From the NCBI GenBank assembly GCA_964601905.1, contig CAZRPN010000008.1, positions 87 to 64,086 on the forward strand: a stretch of DNA of 64,000 bases, given 5' to 3'. Position 1 is the stretch's first letter. Each line of letters begins with the position of its first letter. The notes beneath the pieces were generated by a model. The model was not told the origin of the DNA. It searched no databases and saw only the letters and a list, made by a program, of their open reading frames with translations. Source of the DNA: an uncultured Haliangium sp. GTDB lineage: Bacteria; Myxococcota_A; Polyangia; HGW-17. The position numbers and the translations under genes are program-made. Of the stretch, positions 19,424-28,811 are shown in pieces.

Positions 19424-20011
19424 ATGTCATTTATTAATTATTCATCTCGAGAAATCAACTGCAAAATCGTGTATTACGGCCCCGGCTTATGCGGCAAGAC
19501 CACGAATCTGCAGTATATCTACCAAAAAACCAGCCCCGACGCGCGTGGAAAGATGGTCAGCCTGGCCACGGAGACCGAGCGCACTTTGTTCTTCGATTTC
19601 CTTCCGCTGAGCATGGGTGAGGTGCACGGCTTCAAGGCCCGCTTCCATCTGTATACGGTGCCGGGCCAGGTCTTCTACGACGCCAGCCGCAAGTTGATCC
19701 TCAAGGGCGTCGACGGGGTGGTGTTCGTGGCCGACTCCCAGGTCGAGCGCATGGAGGCGAACATGGAGTCGCTGGACAACCTGCGCGAGAACCTCGAGGA
19801 GCAGGGCTATGACCTCGATGCCCTGCCGTACGTCGTCCAGTACAACAAGCAGGACCTCCCCAACGCCGCGCCGATGGAGGAACTGAGCAAGCTGCTCAAC
19901 CCCACGGCCATGCCGGAGTTCTCCGCGGTGGCCACCACCGGCGACGGTGTCTTCGGAACGCTCAAGGCCGTGGCCAAGCTGGTCATGATGGACCTGCGCA
20001 AGCGCAAGTAG
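19424..20011 (+). CDS. mglA: Ras-like gliding-motility/polarity GTPase MglA
   Basis: [46 protein letters not shown]. Near-canonical MglA sequence. Confidence 0.96.
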   Translation: MSFINYSSREINCKIVYYGPGLCGKTTNLQYIYQKTSPDARGKMVSLATETERTLFFDFLPLSMGEVHGFKARFHLYTVPGQVFYDASRKLILKGVDGVVFVADSQVERMEANMESLDNLRENLEEQGYDLDALPYVVQYNKQDLPNAAPMEELSKLLNPTAMPEFSAVATTGDGVFGTLKAVAKLVMMDLRKRK

Positions 20012-20198
20012 CCGGCCGCACCGGCCTCCTCCCCGACTCAGCCTGAAAGAATCACCAAACACGGGCCATCGCGGCTGCCGGAGTGGCGCCCGCCGACGAG
20101 GCGAGCCGGCTACCCTGCGGCTTCGAAACGAGCCCCGGCCAAGACACTTGACATGGGGCCGGGTTCCGGGGAAGGGTGGCCCTGGAGTGAGGCCGCCC

Positions 20199-21218
20199 AT
20201 GCGAAGATTTGTATCATCAAGGACATTAAGCCGGATTTTCCCGGGTTCAGCCGCGCTGGCGCTCTGGAGCCTGCTCCTGGCGGTGCCGGCCTGCAGCGGT
20301 GATCTGAAGAAATCAGCCTGGGACGACATCGAGACGCCGGACTTCTCCGGGCCACAGCCCGGCGCCGACGATCCCGATGCCCGCATGTGGCGGTACGCCG
20401 ACGACTTCTACCCCGCGGATCCCGCTGACCTGTACCGCAACGTCGTGGGGCTGATGCGCGACGTGCAGGCGCCGGCGCGGCGGCCGGCGGCGGCCGTGCT
20501 CACGCCCCACGCGAGCCTCACGTTTTCGGGTGAGGTGCAGGCCGCGGTGCTCGCCCGCGTGGAGGTGCCCGGGGTGGTGATCGTGCTGGCGTCGGACCAT
20601 GACCTGAAGGGATCACCCATGGCCGTCTGGGATCAGGGCCCGTGGCTGATCCCGGGCTACGCGGTCCCGGTGGATCGCGCACTGGTCTCGGAACTGCAGT
20701 CGCGGATCCCGGCGCTGGCCGCCGAGGAGGCTCCCTTCGAGAGCCACCCGGCCGAGCTGCAGGTGGTCTTTTTGCCGGTCCTCAACCCCGACACCCGAAT
20801 CGTCGTGATCGCGTTCGCCGACAACAGCCGCAACCACTTCAGGGACTTCACCTACGAGCGCGTAGGCGAGGTGGGGGCGGCCCTGGCCGCCTTCATGCGG
20901 GATCTCGAGGCCGCCGGAGAGGAGGTCCTGCTGCTGACCACCACTGATCTGGTGCATCGAGAGCCACTGGAGACCACCCGCGCCAAGGACGCGATCCTGC
21001 GGGATTACATCGCCGCCCTCGATGTCCGCGGCCTGTACGACTACGTCACCGGCGGTCAGATCTCGATCTGCGGCGAGATCCCCACGGCGATCATGATGTC
21101 CACGCTGCGCGCGCTGGGCCACACGGAGATGGAGATCGTCGCCGAGTCCGACAGTTTCGTCGGCAACGGCGACGCCGACAGCGTCACGGGCTACCTCGGA
21201 GGCATCGCATGGAGATAG
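20199..21218 (+). CDS. Memo-like (AmmeMemoRadiSam system protein B family) protein with a predicted lipoprotein signal
   Basis: ATG at 20199 after GGAGTGA. Signal and lipobox MRRFVSSRTLSRIFPGSAALALWSLLLAVPAC. Memo-family-like motifs TPHASLTFSG and TTDLVH. Confidence 0.65.
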   Translation: MRRFVSSRTLSRIFPGSAALALWSLLLAVPACSGDLKKSAWDDIETPDFSGPQPGADDPDARMWRYADDFYPADPADLYRNVVGLMRDVQAPARRPAAAVLTPHASLTFSGEVQAAVLARVEVPGVVIVLASDHDLKGSPMAVWDQGPWLIPGYAVPVDRALVSELQSRIPALAAEEAPFESHPAELQVVFLPVLNPDTRIVVIAFADNSRNHFRDFTYERVGEVGAALAAFMRDLEAAGEEVLLLTTTDLVHREPLETTRAKDAILRDYIAALDVRGLYDYVTGGQISICGEIPTAIMMSTLRALGHTEMEIVAESDSFVGNGDADSVTGYLGGIAWR

Positions 21219-22549
21219 CAGGCACCGCGGTCGCGAAGCTACCCTGGGCGGGACTTGTCTTGGCGCGCGATGTCCGGAGCTCCCCGTTCCTGGCGCCCCT
21301 GCTCCTGTGGCTCGTCCTTGCGTCCGGCTGCGGCGAGGATCTGACCACCCTGCGAGGCTTCGTCCTCGAGGAGCCTGTCTTTCGCGTCTACGATTCAACC
21401 CGCCTCCCGCGGGGTGACTGGCCGCAGGAATTCACCACCATCAGCGGGGCCGCCGATGCGCTGACGCCGCCTCTTCCCCTGTCCGGCTCGGACACCGGTG
21501 AGGACGGGATCGTCTATTCGGCCGTCCTGGGCGGGTATTATCTGATGAAGGTGCAACGCCCTGACGGCGGCTTCGGCTACCAGTACGACTACCGGACCGG
21601 CGTCTGGTCCGCCGAGGACGAGGTCCACCGGCAGTGCGGCAGCGCCTTCACCCAGGCGCTCCTGGCCGAGCTCACCGGGCGTCCCGAGTTCTCCCTCTCG
21701 ACGGAGTGGGCGCTGCGCTGGCTCACCCCGCAGGTGACGCCGCAGGCCGACGGTTCGGCGATGCTGGCCGACCTGGGCGGCACGGCGCTGTTGCTGCTGA
21801 GCCTGACCTCCCACGCCAGGCACCTGGGGGATGTCACCCGCGACGACCTGATCGACCGGCTGGGGCTGTATCTGCTCAACAGCATCTCTGCTGACGGGGT
21901 CTTCACCCGCGGCGGCTCGCTGCAGTGGGGGCAGGCCCTGCAGGCGCTTGGCCGGCTGTCTGATTACACCGGGGACGTCCGTTACCTGGATGCCATGGAG
22001 CGCACGGGCCACTGGCTCTTCCTGCATCCGGAGGCGACCTACGAGGCCACCTCGGAGGGCTACCTGATGAGCCTGTGGGTGGCCGATCCGCTGCTGGTGC
22101 TGCAGCAGCAGCGACCGCTTTCCTGGATTCCGGAGTACCTGTTCCGGCTGACCGACCCCATCGTGGCGGCCCAGCACCTGCCGCAGACCACCGTCGATCC
22201 GGAGCGCCTGGGCCACTACGTCTGTGACGAGGCCGGCGGAGAAGCCACCTGGCGAACCGCCCTGAGGCTGGAGGGTGTCGTGGACGGCTACCGGCTGGCA
22301 GTGCGGCTCGGAGACGGGGTCCGCGCCGCGGCCTACCGGCAGAGCACGCTCTTCGCGCTGTACGCGCTGCAGAAGCTCCAGCTGCGCGCCGGCGACACCC
22401 GGGGGGCCCTCGACCCGGTGCTGGTCGAGGGGGCCTGGCCGTTTTCACCGGACCACCGCACGCTGCGCGCGGACGTGACGCACCACACCGCCAACACGGT
22501 GCTCAAGGCCGCCATCTACCTGGAACTGGAGTCGATCCAGCAGGAATAG
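21209..22549 (+). CDS. lipoprotein, possibly alpha/alpha-toroid (prenyltransferase/terpene-cyclase-like repeat) fold
   Basis: Overlaps the upstream gene by 10 nt. Lipobox LVLASGC. RPDGGFGYQY-type repeat element. The fold assignment is tentative. Confidence 0.6.
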   Translation: MEIAGTAVAKLPWAGLVLARDVRSSPFLAPLLLWLVLASGCGEDLTTLRGFVLEEPVFRVYDSTRLPRGDWPQEFTTISGAADALTPPLPLSGSDTGEDGIVYSAVLGGYYLMKVQRPDGGFGYQYDYRTGVWSAEDEVHRQCGSAFTQALLAELTGRPEFSLSTEWALRWLTPQVTPQADGSAMLADLGGTALLLLSLTSHARHLGDVTRDDLIDRLGLYLLNSISADGVFTRGGSLQWGQALQALGRLSDYTGDVRYLDAMERTGHWLFLHPEATYEATSEGYLMSLWVADPLLVLQQQRPLSWIPEYLFRLTDPIVAAQHLPQTTVDPERLGHYVCDEAGGEATWRTALRLEGVVDGYRLAVRLGDGVRAAAYRQSTLFALYALQKLQLRAGDTRGALDPVLVEGAWPFSPDHRTLRADVTHHTANTVLKAAIYLELESIQQE

Positions 22550-22687
22550 GACCGCCAGTCTGAACGGTCCGGCCAGTCCGACCACCCGTTTCTTACTTCT
22601 TCCCCTTGCACCGGTTCAATGCTATAAATCCCCCCGCTTTCGCAGGTGAAATACCAGGCGAAACGAACCCGAAAGGAGTCAAGCGTC

Positions 22688-23899
22688 ATGCAAATCCGCA
22701 ACATCGGCATCATCACCTCCGGCGGCGACTGCGCCGGCCTGAACGCTGTGGTCAAGGGCGTGAGCCTCACCGCGCTGGCCCACGGCATCAAGTCGCTGGT
22801 CATCCCCAACGGCTACGCCGGGCTCTACAACCTGATCGAGTTCGATCATCTAACCGAACTGACCCCCCGCCGCCTCGACAACGTCAACGTGTCGGTGGCC
22901 GGCTCCGAGGCGGGCCACTCCCGCGTGAAGATTTCCTCGATCAAGGACGAGAACAAGTACAACCGCATCAAGGAAGGCCTCGCCAAGCACCAGATCGACG
23001 GCCTGATCATCTCCGGCGGCGACGACACCGGCTCGGTGCTGGTGGACCTGGCCAGCAACGGCATCCGCTGCATCCATGCGCCCAAGACCATGGACCTGGA
23101 CCTGAACTCGTACTCCGTCGGCGGTGACTCCACCATCAACCGCATCTCCCAGATCACCCAGGACCTCAAGACCACCGGCCGCACCCACAACCGCATCATG
23201 GTCGTGGAGGTGTTCGGGCGCTACGCCGGTCACACGGCCTTCCGCGGCGGCATCGCCGGGGCGGCCGACGCCATCCTGATTCCGGAGCTGCCCGTCGACT
23301 TCGACGTGCTCTACGATCACCTGAAGACCATCTACTGGCGCCGCATCACCGAGAGCGACGTCAACGCCGGGACCTACTCGATCGTCGTGGCCGAGGGCAT
23401 CCGTGACTCCTCCGGCGCGGAACTGACCGACGACACCGCCGGCATCGACTCGTTCGGACACAAGAAGCTCTCGGGCGCCGGAAAGTACGTCGTGCAGGAA
23501 CTGAAGAAGCGCATGGAGCACGACGACTTCACCAGGGACATGATGAAGAAGACGGGCATGTTCGTGGAGAAGCTCTACGAGATGCCCGAGATCCGCATGA
23601 TCCAGCCCTCGCACCTGGTGCGCTCCGGGGGCTCCTCGGCCTATGATGTGAACTTCGGCGCCGAGGCGGGCGTGGCGGCCATGGAGCTGCTGCTGGCGGG
23701 CTACTCCGGCGTCTCCGTGGTCGAGGTCAAGGGCACCGAGATCCGCTTCCAGAAGACCGCCGAACTGATCAAGCAGCGCTTCGTCGACCTCGAGGAGTGC
23801 CGCTTCTTCGAGAACATGGGAATCTGCTTCGGCCGCAAGGTCGAGCCCGCGCGTCCGACCTTCAAGGAAGTCCAGGGCCGCGTGGATCGCATCTACTGA
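22688..23899 (+). CDS. 6-phosphofructokinase family enzyme, possibly PPi-dependent
   Basis: AAAGGAG RBS, ATG at 22688. IGIITSGGDCAGLNAV, ISGGDDTGS (GGDD rather than GGDG), PKTMDLDL. Confidence 0.88.
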   Translation: MQIRNIGIITSGGDCAGLNAVVKGVSLTALAHGIKSLVIPNGYAGLYNLIEFDHLTELTPRRLDNVNVSVAGSEAGHSRVKISSIKDENKYNRIKEGLAKHQIDGLIISGGDDTGSVLVDLASNGIRCIHAPKTMDLDLNSYSVGGDSTINRISQITQDLKTTGRTHNRIMVVEVFGRYAGHTAFRGGIAGAADAILIPELPVDFDVLYDHLKTIYWRRITESDVNAGTYSIVVAEGIRDSSGAELTDDTAGIDSFGHKKLSGAGKYVVQELKKRMEHDDFTRDMMKKTGMFVEKLYEMPEIRMIQPSHLVRSGGSSAYDVNFGAEAGVAAMELLLAGYSGVSVVEVKGTEIRFQKTAELIKQRFVDLEECRFFENMGICFGRKVEPARPTFKEVQGRVDRIY

Positions 23900-23927
23900 T
23901 CCCGACGGATCGAAACCGACACCTCCG

Positions 23928-24404
23928 ATGACGACCTCAAAAAAAAAACAGTCGACCGTGACCGGAAAGGTCGTGGTGAGGAACCGCAAGGCCCACTTCG
24001 AATACGAGATCGTGGAGCGGCATGAGGCCGGAATGGCGCTCACCGGCTCCGAGGTCAAGAGCCTGCGGGGCGGCGGGATGGACATCGCCGACGCCTATGT
24101 CGAGGTCGCCGGCGCCGAACTGTGGCTGGTGGGGGCGCGGATCGCCGAGTACAAGCAGGCCAACCGCTACAACCACGAGCCGCTGCGCCGCCGCAAGCTG
24201 CTGATGAACCGGATCGAGATCACGCGCATCTCGGTGAAAACGCGGGAAAAGGGGTTGACCCTCATTCCGCTCACGGTATATTTTAACGATAGAGGCAAGG
24301 CGAAACTGGAAATCGCGCTCGTCCGGGGCAAGCGTCAGTACGACAAACGCGAGGATCTGCGCCGCAAGGACGATGAACGCCAGATGGCCCGGATGCGCGA
24401 CTGA
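23928..24404 (+). CDS. smpB: SsrA-binding protein
   Basis: VVVRNRKAHFEYEIVERHEAGMALTGSEVKSLR...NHEPLRRRKLLM...KGLTLIPL...ALVRGKRQYDKRE. Confidence 0.96.
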   Translation: MTTSKKKQSTVTGKVVVRNRKAHFEYEIVERHEAGMALTGSEVKSLRGGGMDIADAYVEVAGAELWLVGARIAEYKQANRYNHEPLRRRKLLMNRIEITRISVKTREKGLTLIPLTVYFNDRGKAKLEIALVRGKRQYDKREDLRRKDDERQMARMRD

Positions 24405-24426
24405 GTTCGTCCCGCAGGAGGTGACC

Positions 24427-24939
24427 ATGCTGCTGTCCACCCGCTTGATTGAACTGATCGAACGAAAGGCCCAGGTGCTGGGGGCCCGCTGGAGCAAGGT
24501 GGTCCTGGAGAACCCGCTGACCACGTCCTACCGGCGGCTGTCCGAGGAGGAACTGAGACGGCGGGCCGAGAACGTCTACGCGTCGCTGGGTCACTGGCTG
24601 GACCGGAGCATCTCCCGCGAGGAGGCCAAGGAGCGATACTTCCAGCTCGGCCGCCGGCGGTGCGCCGAGGGTTTCGAGCTGCTCGAGCTCGTCGTGGCGC
24701 TGTCGCTGGAGAAGAGCATCCTGATGGAGGCGCTCGAGGAGGAGAGCCTGTTCTCCGATGCGCTGGCGATGCACGGCGTGTTCGAACTGATGGCCATGAT
24801 GATGGACTTCTTCGACCGGGCGCTGGTCTACTCGATCCAGGGATATGAGACCGAGCGACGCGGCGCCGAGCTGAAGGAACCCCGCAAGATCCGCCCCACC
24901 GCGTCCTGGTTTGCCATCAACGACAAGGAAGAAAAGTAG
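24427..24939 (+). CDS. hypothetical helical protein (RsbRD-N-terminal-like sensor-globin-type domain, tentative)
   Basis: GCAGGAGGTG RBS, ATG at 24427. All-helical. YFQLGRRRCAEGFELLELVVAL resembles the RsbRD_N family as I remember it. Confidence 0.6.
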   Translation: MLLSTRLIELIERKAQVLGARWSKVVLENPLTTSYRRLSEEELRRRAENVYASLGHWLDRSISREEAKERYFQLGRRRCAEGFELLELVVALSLEKSILMEALEEESLFSDALAMHGVFELMAMMMDFFDRALVYSIQGYETERRGAELKEPRKIRPTASWFAINDKEEK

Positions 24940-24972
24940 ACAGAGGATCCGGACAACTGCGAAGGGGGATCC

Positions 24973-26067
24973 CTATTTCGCGAGCTCCTCGCGCGCGAGC
25001 TCCTGGGCGCGCCGCTTCTCGGCCTTGGTCATGAACGCGACGGCGATCAGGATCAGCCCCAGGCCGACCCAGTCCATGTAGTGCGGATACTTGCCGCCGA
25101 ACATCACAGCGAACAGGATCGTGGCGGTGGTGCCGGCCACGAGGCTGGTGATGCGGTTGACGAGGCCGGCGAACGTGGCCGTGCGGCCCTTGAACATGAA
25201 GATGAACACGGAGAAGAAGGAGACCACGCCGTAGGCCGTGCCCGCCAGGATCGCCCAGTACCACCAGCCCGGGGTCGGGGTGAGGATGGAGTGCACGACG
25301 GTGGTGGTCCGGGTGCCGTCGATGCCGCCAAAGAGGTGGAGCCCGACCAGCGTCAGGGCCACCAGCGTGACCACGCTCGTGGCCGTGATCTGCTCGATGG
25401 CGAAGAAGCCCTTGTTGGAACCTGATACCCCCTTGGGGCGTGTGTTCTTGTAGTAGTTCATGATGTAGATTCGCAGGGCGTAGGAGCAGATGTAGGACGT
25501 GAAGATGATCATGACCGGGAGGGACGAGAACGGGCTCGCGCCGCTCTTGGCCGGGCTGAAGATCTCGAGGACGACGGCGGCGATGGCGATGCCCACGGCG
25601 ATGTTCTCCTCGAGGTAGACGGTCCGCTTCAGGATGCCCTGCCGGATCTGGATCTCATCGACTACGCGACTGATGACGATGACCGAGCCGCGCATCAGCA
25701 CCATGGCCACCATGACCGAGATGCCGTCGAAGGTGTACAGCAGGGTGGTGGTCGGCACCACCACCGCCGTGCAGATGCCCGATGGGATGATGTACAAAAA
25801 CTCAGGTGGAATGTTGAAGGGCCCGACCTGCCTGCGCTGGTCGGTCTCGAAGCGGTACCACTTCAGGATCATGACGACCAGCATCGAGATTCCCATGCCG
25901 CCGGCGGTGGAGTAGACGAGGAACTCCATCCCGTCCATGTGGGGGAAGCCGGGCGCGCCGCTGAGGAAATACTTCACGGTGACGCCCGTGATCACGTAAA
26001 ACAGGAAATAGCCGATGCACAGCTGGATCAGAGCGGCGGTCGAGCCTTCTTTTGCGTTGAAAAACAT
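24973..26067 (-). CDS. polytopic integral membrane protein (about 10 TM, DMT-like topology), function unknown
   Basis: Hydrophobic helices throughout. Basic C-terminal tail KAEKRRAQELAREELAK. Confidence 0.7.
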   Translation of the reverse strand: MFFNAKEGSTAALIQLCIGYFLFYVITGVTVKYFLSGAPGFPHMDGMEFLVYSTAGGMGISMLVVMILKWYRFETDQRRQVGPFNIPPEFLYIIPSGICTAVVVPTTTLLYTFDGISVMVAMVLMRGSVIVISRVVDEIQIRQGILKRTVYLEENIAVGIAIAAVVLEIFSPAKSGASPFSSLPVMIIFTSYICSYALRIYIMNYYKNTRPKGVSGSNKGFFAIEQITATSVVTLVALTLVGLHLFGGIDGTRTTTVVHSILTPTPGWWYWAILAGTAYGVVSFFSVFIFMFKGRTATFAGLVNRITSLVAGTTATILFAVMFGGKYPHYMDWVGLGLILIAVAFMTKAEKRRAQELAREELAK

Positions 26068-26199
26068 CGCATACGCTCCTTCGACCGTGGTCCGGCGTAG
26101 CGGGAATCCCGAACCGGAAATGAGCCGAAAACCCGAGGCTAAACCTCTTTTTCAGCCGCGTCAAATGAATCGTAGGAATGGGTGCGCTTCAGGCGACGT

Positions 26200-27837
26200 T
26201 CAGAAGGCGGAACAGTCCACGACCTCGACGTCGTACGAGATCGCCGGGGTCACGCCGGTGACGGCCACGTGGTAGGTGTGGCCCGCCTGGGTGGTCCAGC
26301 CTTGCGGCACCATGGAGATCGCGTACGAGGAACCATAGTTGGCGCCCAGGTGGGTGATGGTCACCGGGCGGTTCGTGGAGCCGTCCATCGTGATGGTGAC
26401 CTGCGCGCCGTCGAGGTTGATCGAGTCGCTCTGGAGCGTCCAGCCGGTCTGGTCGATGGAGGACCACGAGGGGTTCACGGCCTGGGCGGGGAAGATGCCC
26501 GGCCCCGGCCAGGCCATCCAGCTCTTGCCGGCATTGCCGCTGCCGAAGGCCCACATGCAGGAGTAACTGTCCGTAGAGCCCAGGCCGGTGGGTCCGAAGG
26601 AGTTGGACAGGATCCAGCGGCGGTGGCCCATGGTGGTCGGGTTGCCCGGATCGACCATGTAGAGGTCCACTGCCTGGACGCCCGGCGTGGTCGCGAGGTT
26701 GGACGAGCCGGCGGCGTTGGCGCCGTCGGCTGAATAGCAGGTCCAGTTGGTCGGCGGAAAGTGGTTGAGCGTGCCGTTGGCGGTCATCATCAGCGCGCAC
26801 TTCTGCGCCTTGGCGTCCAGGGTCGGGTCGGTCGTCACCGGCGGCAGATCCACCAGGAAGCGGTAGAGGTTGATGATCTTGAGCGCGTTGGCGCGGCCGG
26901 GGGCGCCGATGTCGCCGGCGCTGCACGTGCCCACGCTGCCCGACCAGATACCTTCGTTGAGGTCCATGCGGTCGCCGTTCCAGCGGCCGCAGACGATGTC
27001 GGCCTGGGAGTTGCCGCAGCCGTTCTCGTTGAAGGCGCAGGACGCGCTGCAGGCGAGGGTGCCGCCTACATAGCCGCGGGACTCGCAGGTCTGCCCTCCG
27101 AGGCTGGCGCCGTCGCAGTCCTCGCCGGCGGACGACTGGATCGTGCCGTCTCCGCAGCGACCGGCGGCCGCGCAGCCGGCCAGGTCGAGGGTGCAGCCGG
27201 GCGTGCACGCCAGGGCGCCGCCGTAATAGCCCAGCCCCAGGCAGGTCTGGGCGCCCAGATCGGCCCCGTCGCAGTCCTCTCCGGCACCCATGGTGCCGTC
27301 GCCGCAGACGGCCGCGGCCTGGCAGCCGGCGGTGTCGAGCTCGCACTGATCCGTGCAGGCCAGCGTCCCGCCAGCGAAGCCAAGGGATGCGCAGGTCCGG
27401 GCGCCGAGGTTGACGCCGTCGCAGGCCTCGCCGCCCTGGATCAGGCCGTCGCCGCAGACGGCCGGGTTGGAGCACCCGGAGTCCTGAAGGCGGCAGTTGG
27501 TGTTGCACAGCAGCGTCCCGGTTCCCAGGCCGAGGCTCTCGCACGTGGCGCCGCCGAGGTCGCCGCCGTCGCACTGCTCCCATTCGGACTGCAGTTGGGC
27601 GTCGCCGCAGCGTCCGACGAGCTCGCAGCCGCCGAGGTTCCAGCCGCACCCGGCCGTGCAGGCGAGGGTGCCGCCGTGATAGCCCAGCGTGATGCAGGAG
27701 GCCCCGCGCAGGTCGGTGCCGTCGCAGCTCTCACCGCCTGTGGCCACGCCGTCGTTGCAGAAGGAAATCTCGCCGGTGTCGCCGTCGCAGGACGCCAGCA
27801 GGAGCAGGCAGGTGCAGGAGAGCAGGAATTTTTTCAT
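26200..27837 (-). CDS. lipoprotein with five ~45-50-aa Cys-rich repeats (CGDG..E.CDG..LG..TC..LG..GG.L.C...C.....GC) and a C-terminal CAP/SCP-like domain plus beta domain
   Basis: ATG at 27837. Lipobox LLLLASC. Five repeats read from the translation. CAP-like region ANALKIINLYR...AQKCALMM...GHRRWIL. The ORF-track extension to 28083 has no signal-peptide logic. Confidence 0.82.
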   Translation of the reverse strand: MKKFLLSCTCLLLLASCDGDTGEISFCNDGVATGGESCDGTDLRGASCITLGYHGGTLACTAGCGWNLGGCELVGRCGDAQLQSEWEQCDGGDLGGATCESLGLGTGTLLCNTNCRLQDSGCSNPAVCGDGLIQGGEACDGVNLGARTCASLGFAGGTLACTDQCELDTAGCQAAAVCGDGTMGAGEDCDGADLGAQTCLGLGYYGGALACTPGCTLDLAGCAAAGRCGDGTIQSSAGEDCDGASLGGQTCESRGYVGGTLACSASCAFNENGCGNSQADIVCGRWNGDRMDLNEGIWSGSVGTCSAGDIGAPGRANALKIINLYRFLVDLPPVTTDPTLDAKAQKCALMMTANGTLNHFPPTNWTCYSADGANAAGSSNLATTPGVQAVDLYMVDPGNPTTMGHRRWILSNSFGPTGLGSTDSYSCMWAFGSGNAGKSWMAWPGPGIFPAQAVNPSWSSIDQTGWTLQSDSINLDGAQVTITMDGSTNRPVTITHLGANYGSSYAISMVPQGWTTQAGHTYHVAVTGVTPAISYDVEVVDCSAF

Positions 27838-27898
27838 CGGAATGGACCTTCCTTTCGCGCCGGAATTGTAGCATATCTTCGTTCGAGGAGTAGCCCCC

Positions 27899-28246
27899 AT
27901 GATGCCAGACTGGATTCTCGAATTCGACGGCGCCGTCACGGTCTGCGATCGCGACGGCATGATCCTGTACATGAACGAACGCGCCGCGCGCACCTTCGAG
28001 CGCTGGGGAGGCAGGGACCTGCTGGGTTCGAGCCTGATCGACTGCCACCCGGAGCCGGCGCGGAGCAGGTTGCTCCATCTCATGGAGCACCGGCAGAAGA
28101 ACGTCTACACCATCGAGAAGGCCGGCGTGAAGAAAATGATCTATCAGACGCCCTGGTTTTCCCACGGGGAGTACGCGGGTTTTGTGGAACTGAGCCTGGA
28201 GATTCCGGTGGATATGGCCCACTTTGTCCGGCCTTCACCGGTCTGA
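27899..28246 (+). CDS. stand-alone PAS domain protein
   Basis: GAGGAG RBS. AVTVCDRDGMILYMNERAARTF...GSSLIDCHPEP... is a typical PAS core. Confidence 0.75.
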   Translation: MMPDWILEFDGAVTVCDRDGMILYMNERAARTFERWGGRDLLGSSLIDCHPEPARSRLLHLMEHRQKNVYTIEKAGVKKMIYQTPWFSHGEYAGFVELSLEIPVDMAHFVRPSPV

Positions 28247-28366
28247 AATGCAGGGGTCCTTCAGCGTCCCGTTCCATGAAAAGCCTTGACAACCGACGGG
28301 CCTTTCGGGACACTGTGGTTTCTGTTTGTTCCTGTGCCTGCGAAGGCCATGGAAAGGAGAACCGAG

Positions 28367-28741
28367 ATGCCCCTTTCTCCCAAGGACCTTGAAGAAATCC
28401 GTGCCGACCTCAACATGCGCCGGCAGAAACTGCTGGACGCGGCCAAGAATCAGTTGACCACGGATCTCGGACTGGATCGGGACGAGCTGGCCGACGAGAA
28501 CGACCTGGCCTCCAGCGAATACCTGCTGTCCTTCGAGCTGCGCATCCGCGACCGCGAGCAGTTCCTGCTTCGCAAGATCGAGGACGCCCTGGTGCTCATG
28601 GATGAAGGTCAGTACGGCGTCTGCGAGTCCTGCGGCGAGGAAATCTCCCCGGGACGCCTCAAGGCCCGACCGGTGACCACGATGTGCATCCGCTGCAAGG
28701 AAGAGCAGGAGCGCAAGGAAAAGGAATACCTGGACATCTGA
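28367..28741 (+). CDS. DksA/TraR family C4-type zinc-finger protein
   Basis: GGAAAGGAGA RBS 6 nt upstream of the ATG at 28367 (alternative ATG at 28349). CESCGEEISPGRLKARPVTTMCIRCK (CxxC-x17-CxxC). Coiled-coil N-terminus. Confidence 0.85.
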   Translation: MPLSPKDLEEIRADLNMRRQKLLDAAKNQLTTDLGLDRDELADENDLASSEYLLSFELRIRDREQFLLRKIEDALVLMDEGQYGVCESCGEEISPGRLKARPVTTMCIRCKEEQERKEKEYLDI

Positions 28742-28811
28742 TGCCGGCTTCGCGTCCTTCACGTCCAGCGTCATCCCCGTCAGTCAACAAGAAGCAAAGG
28801 GGTTTTTGCGG

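Noticed and set aside
20010-20026. Short GC hairpins after mglA (AGCCGG-CCGCA-CCGGCT) and after the PEGA kinase (CCGCG-GAACA-CGCGG, about 4399-4413) as intrinsic terminators
   Set aside because: The stems are only 5-6 bp and lack a following U-tract. That is too weak to call.
23900-24972. tmRNA (ssrA) next to smpB; tRNA genes in any intergenic region
   Set aside because: The intergenic gaps around smpB are under 35 nt. I found no GGTTCGAATCC-like T-arm or tRNA-like acceptor structure anywhere in non-coding DNA.
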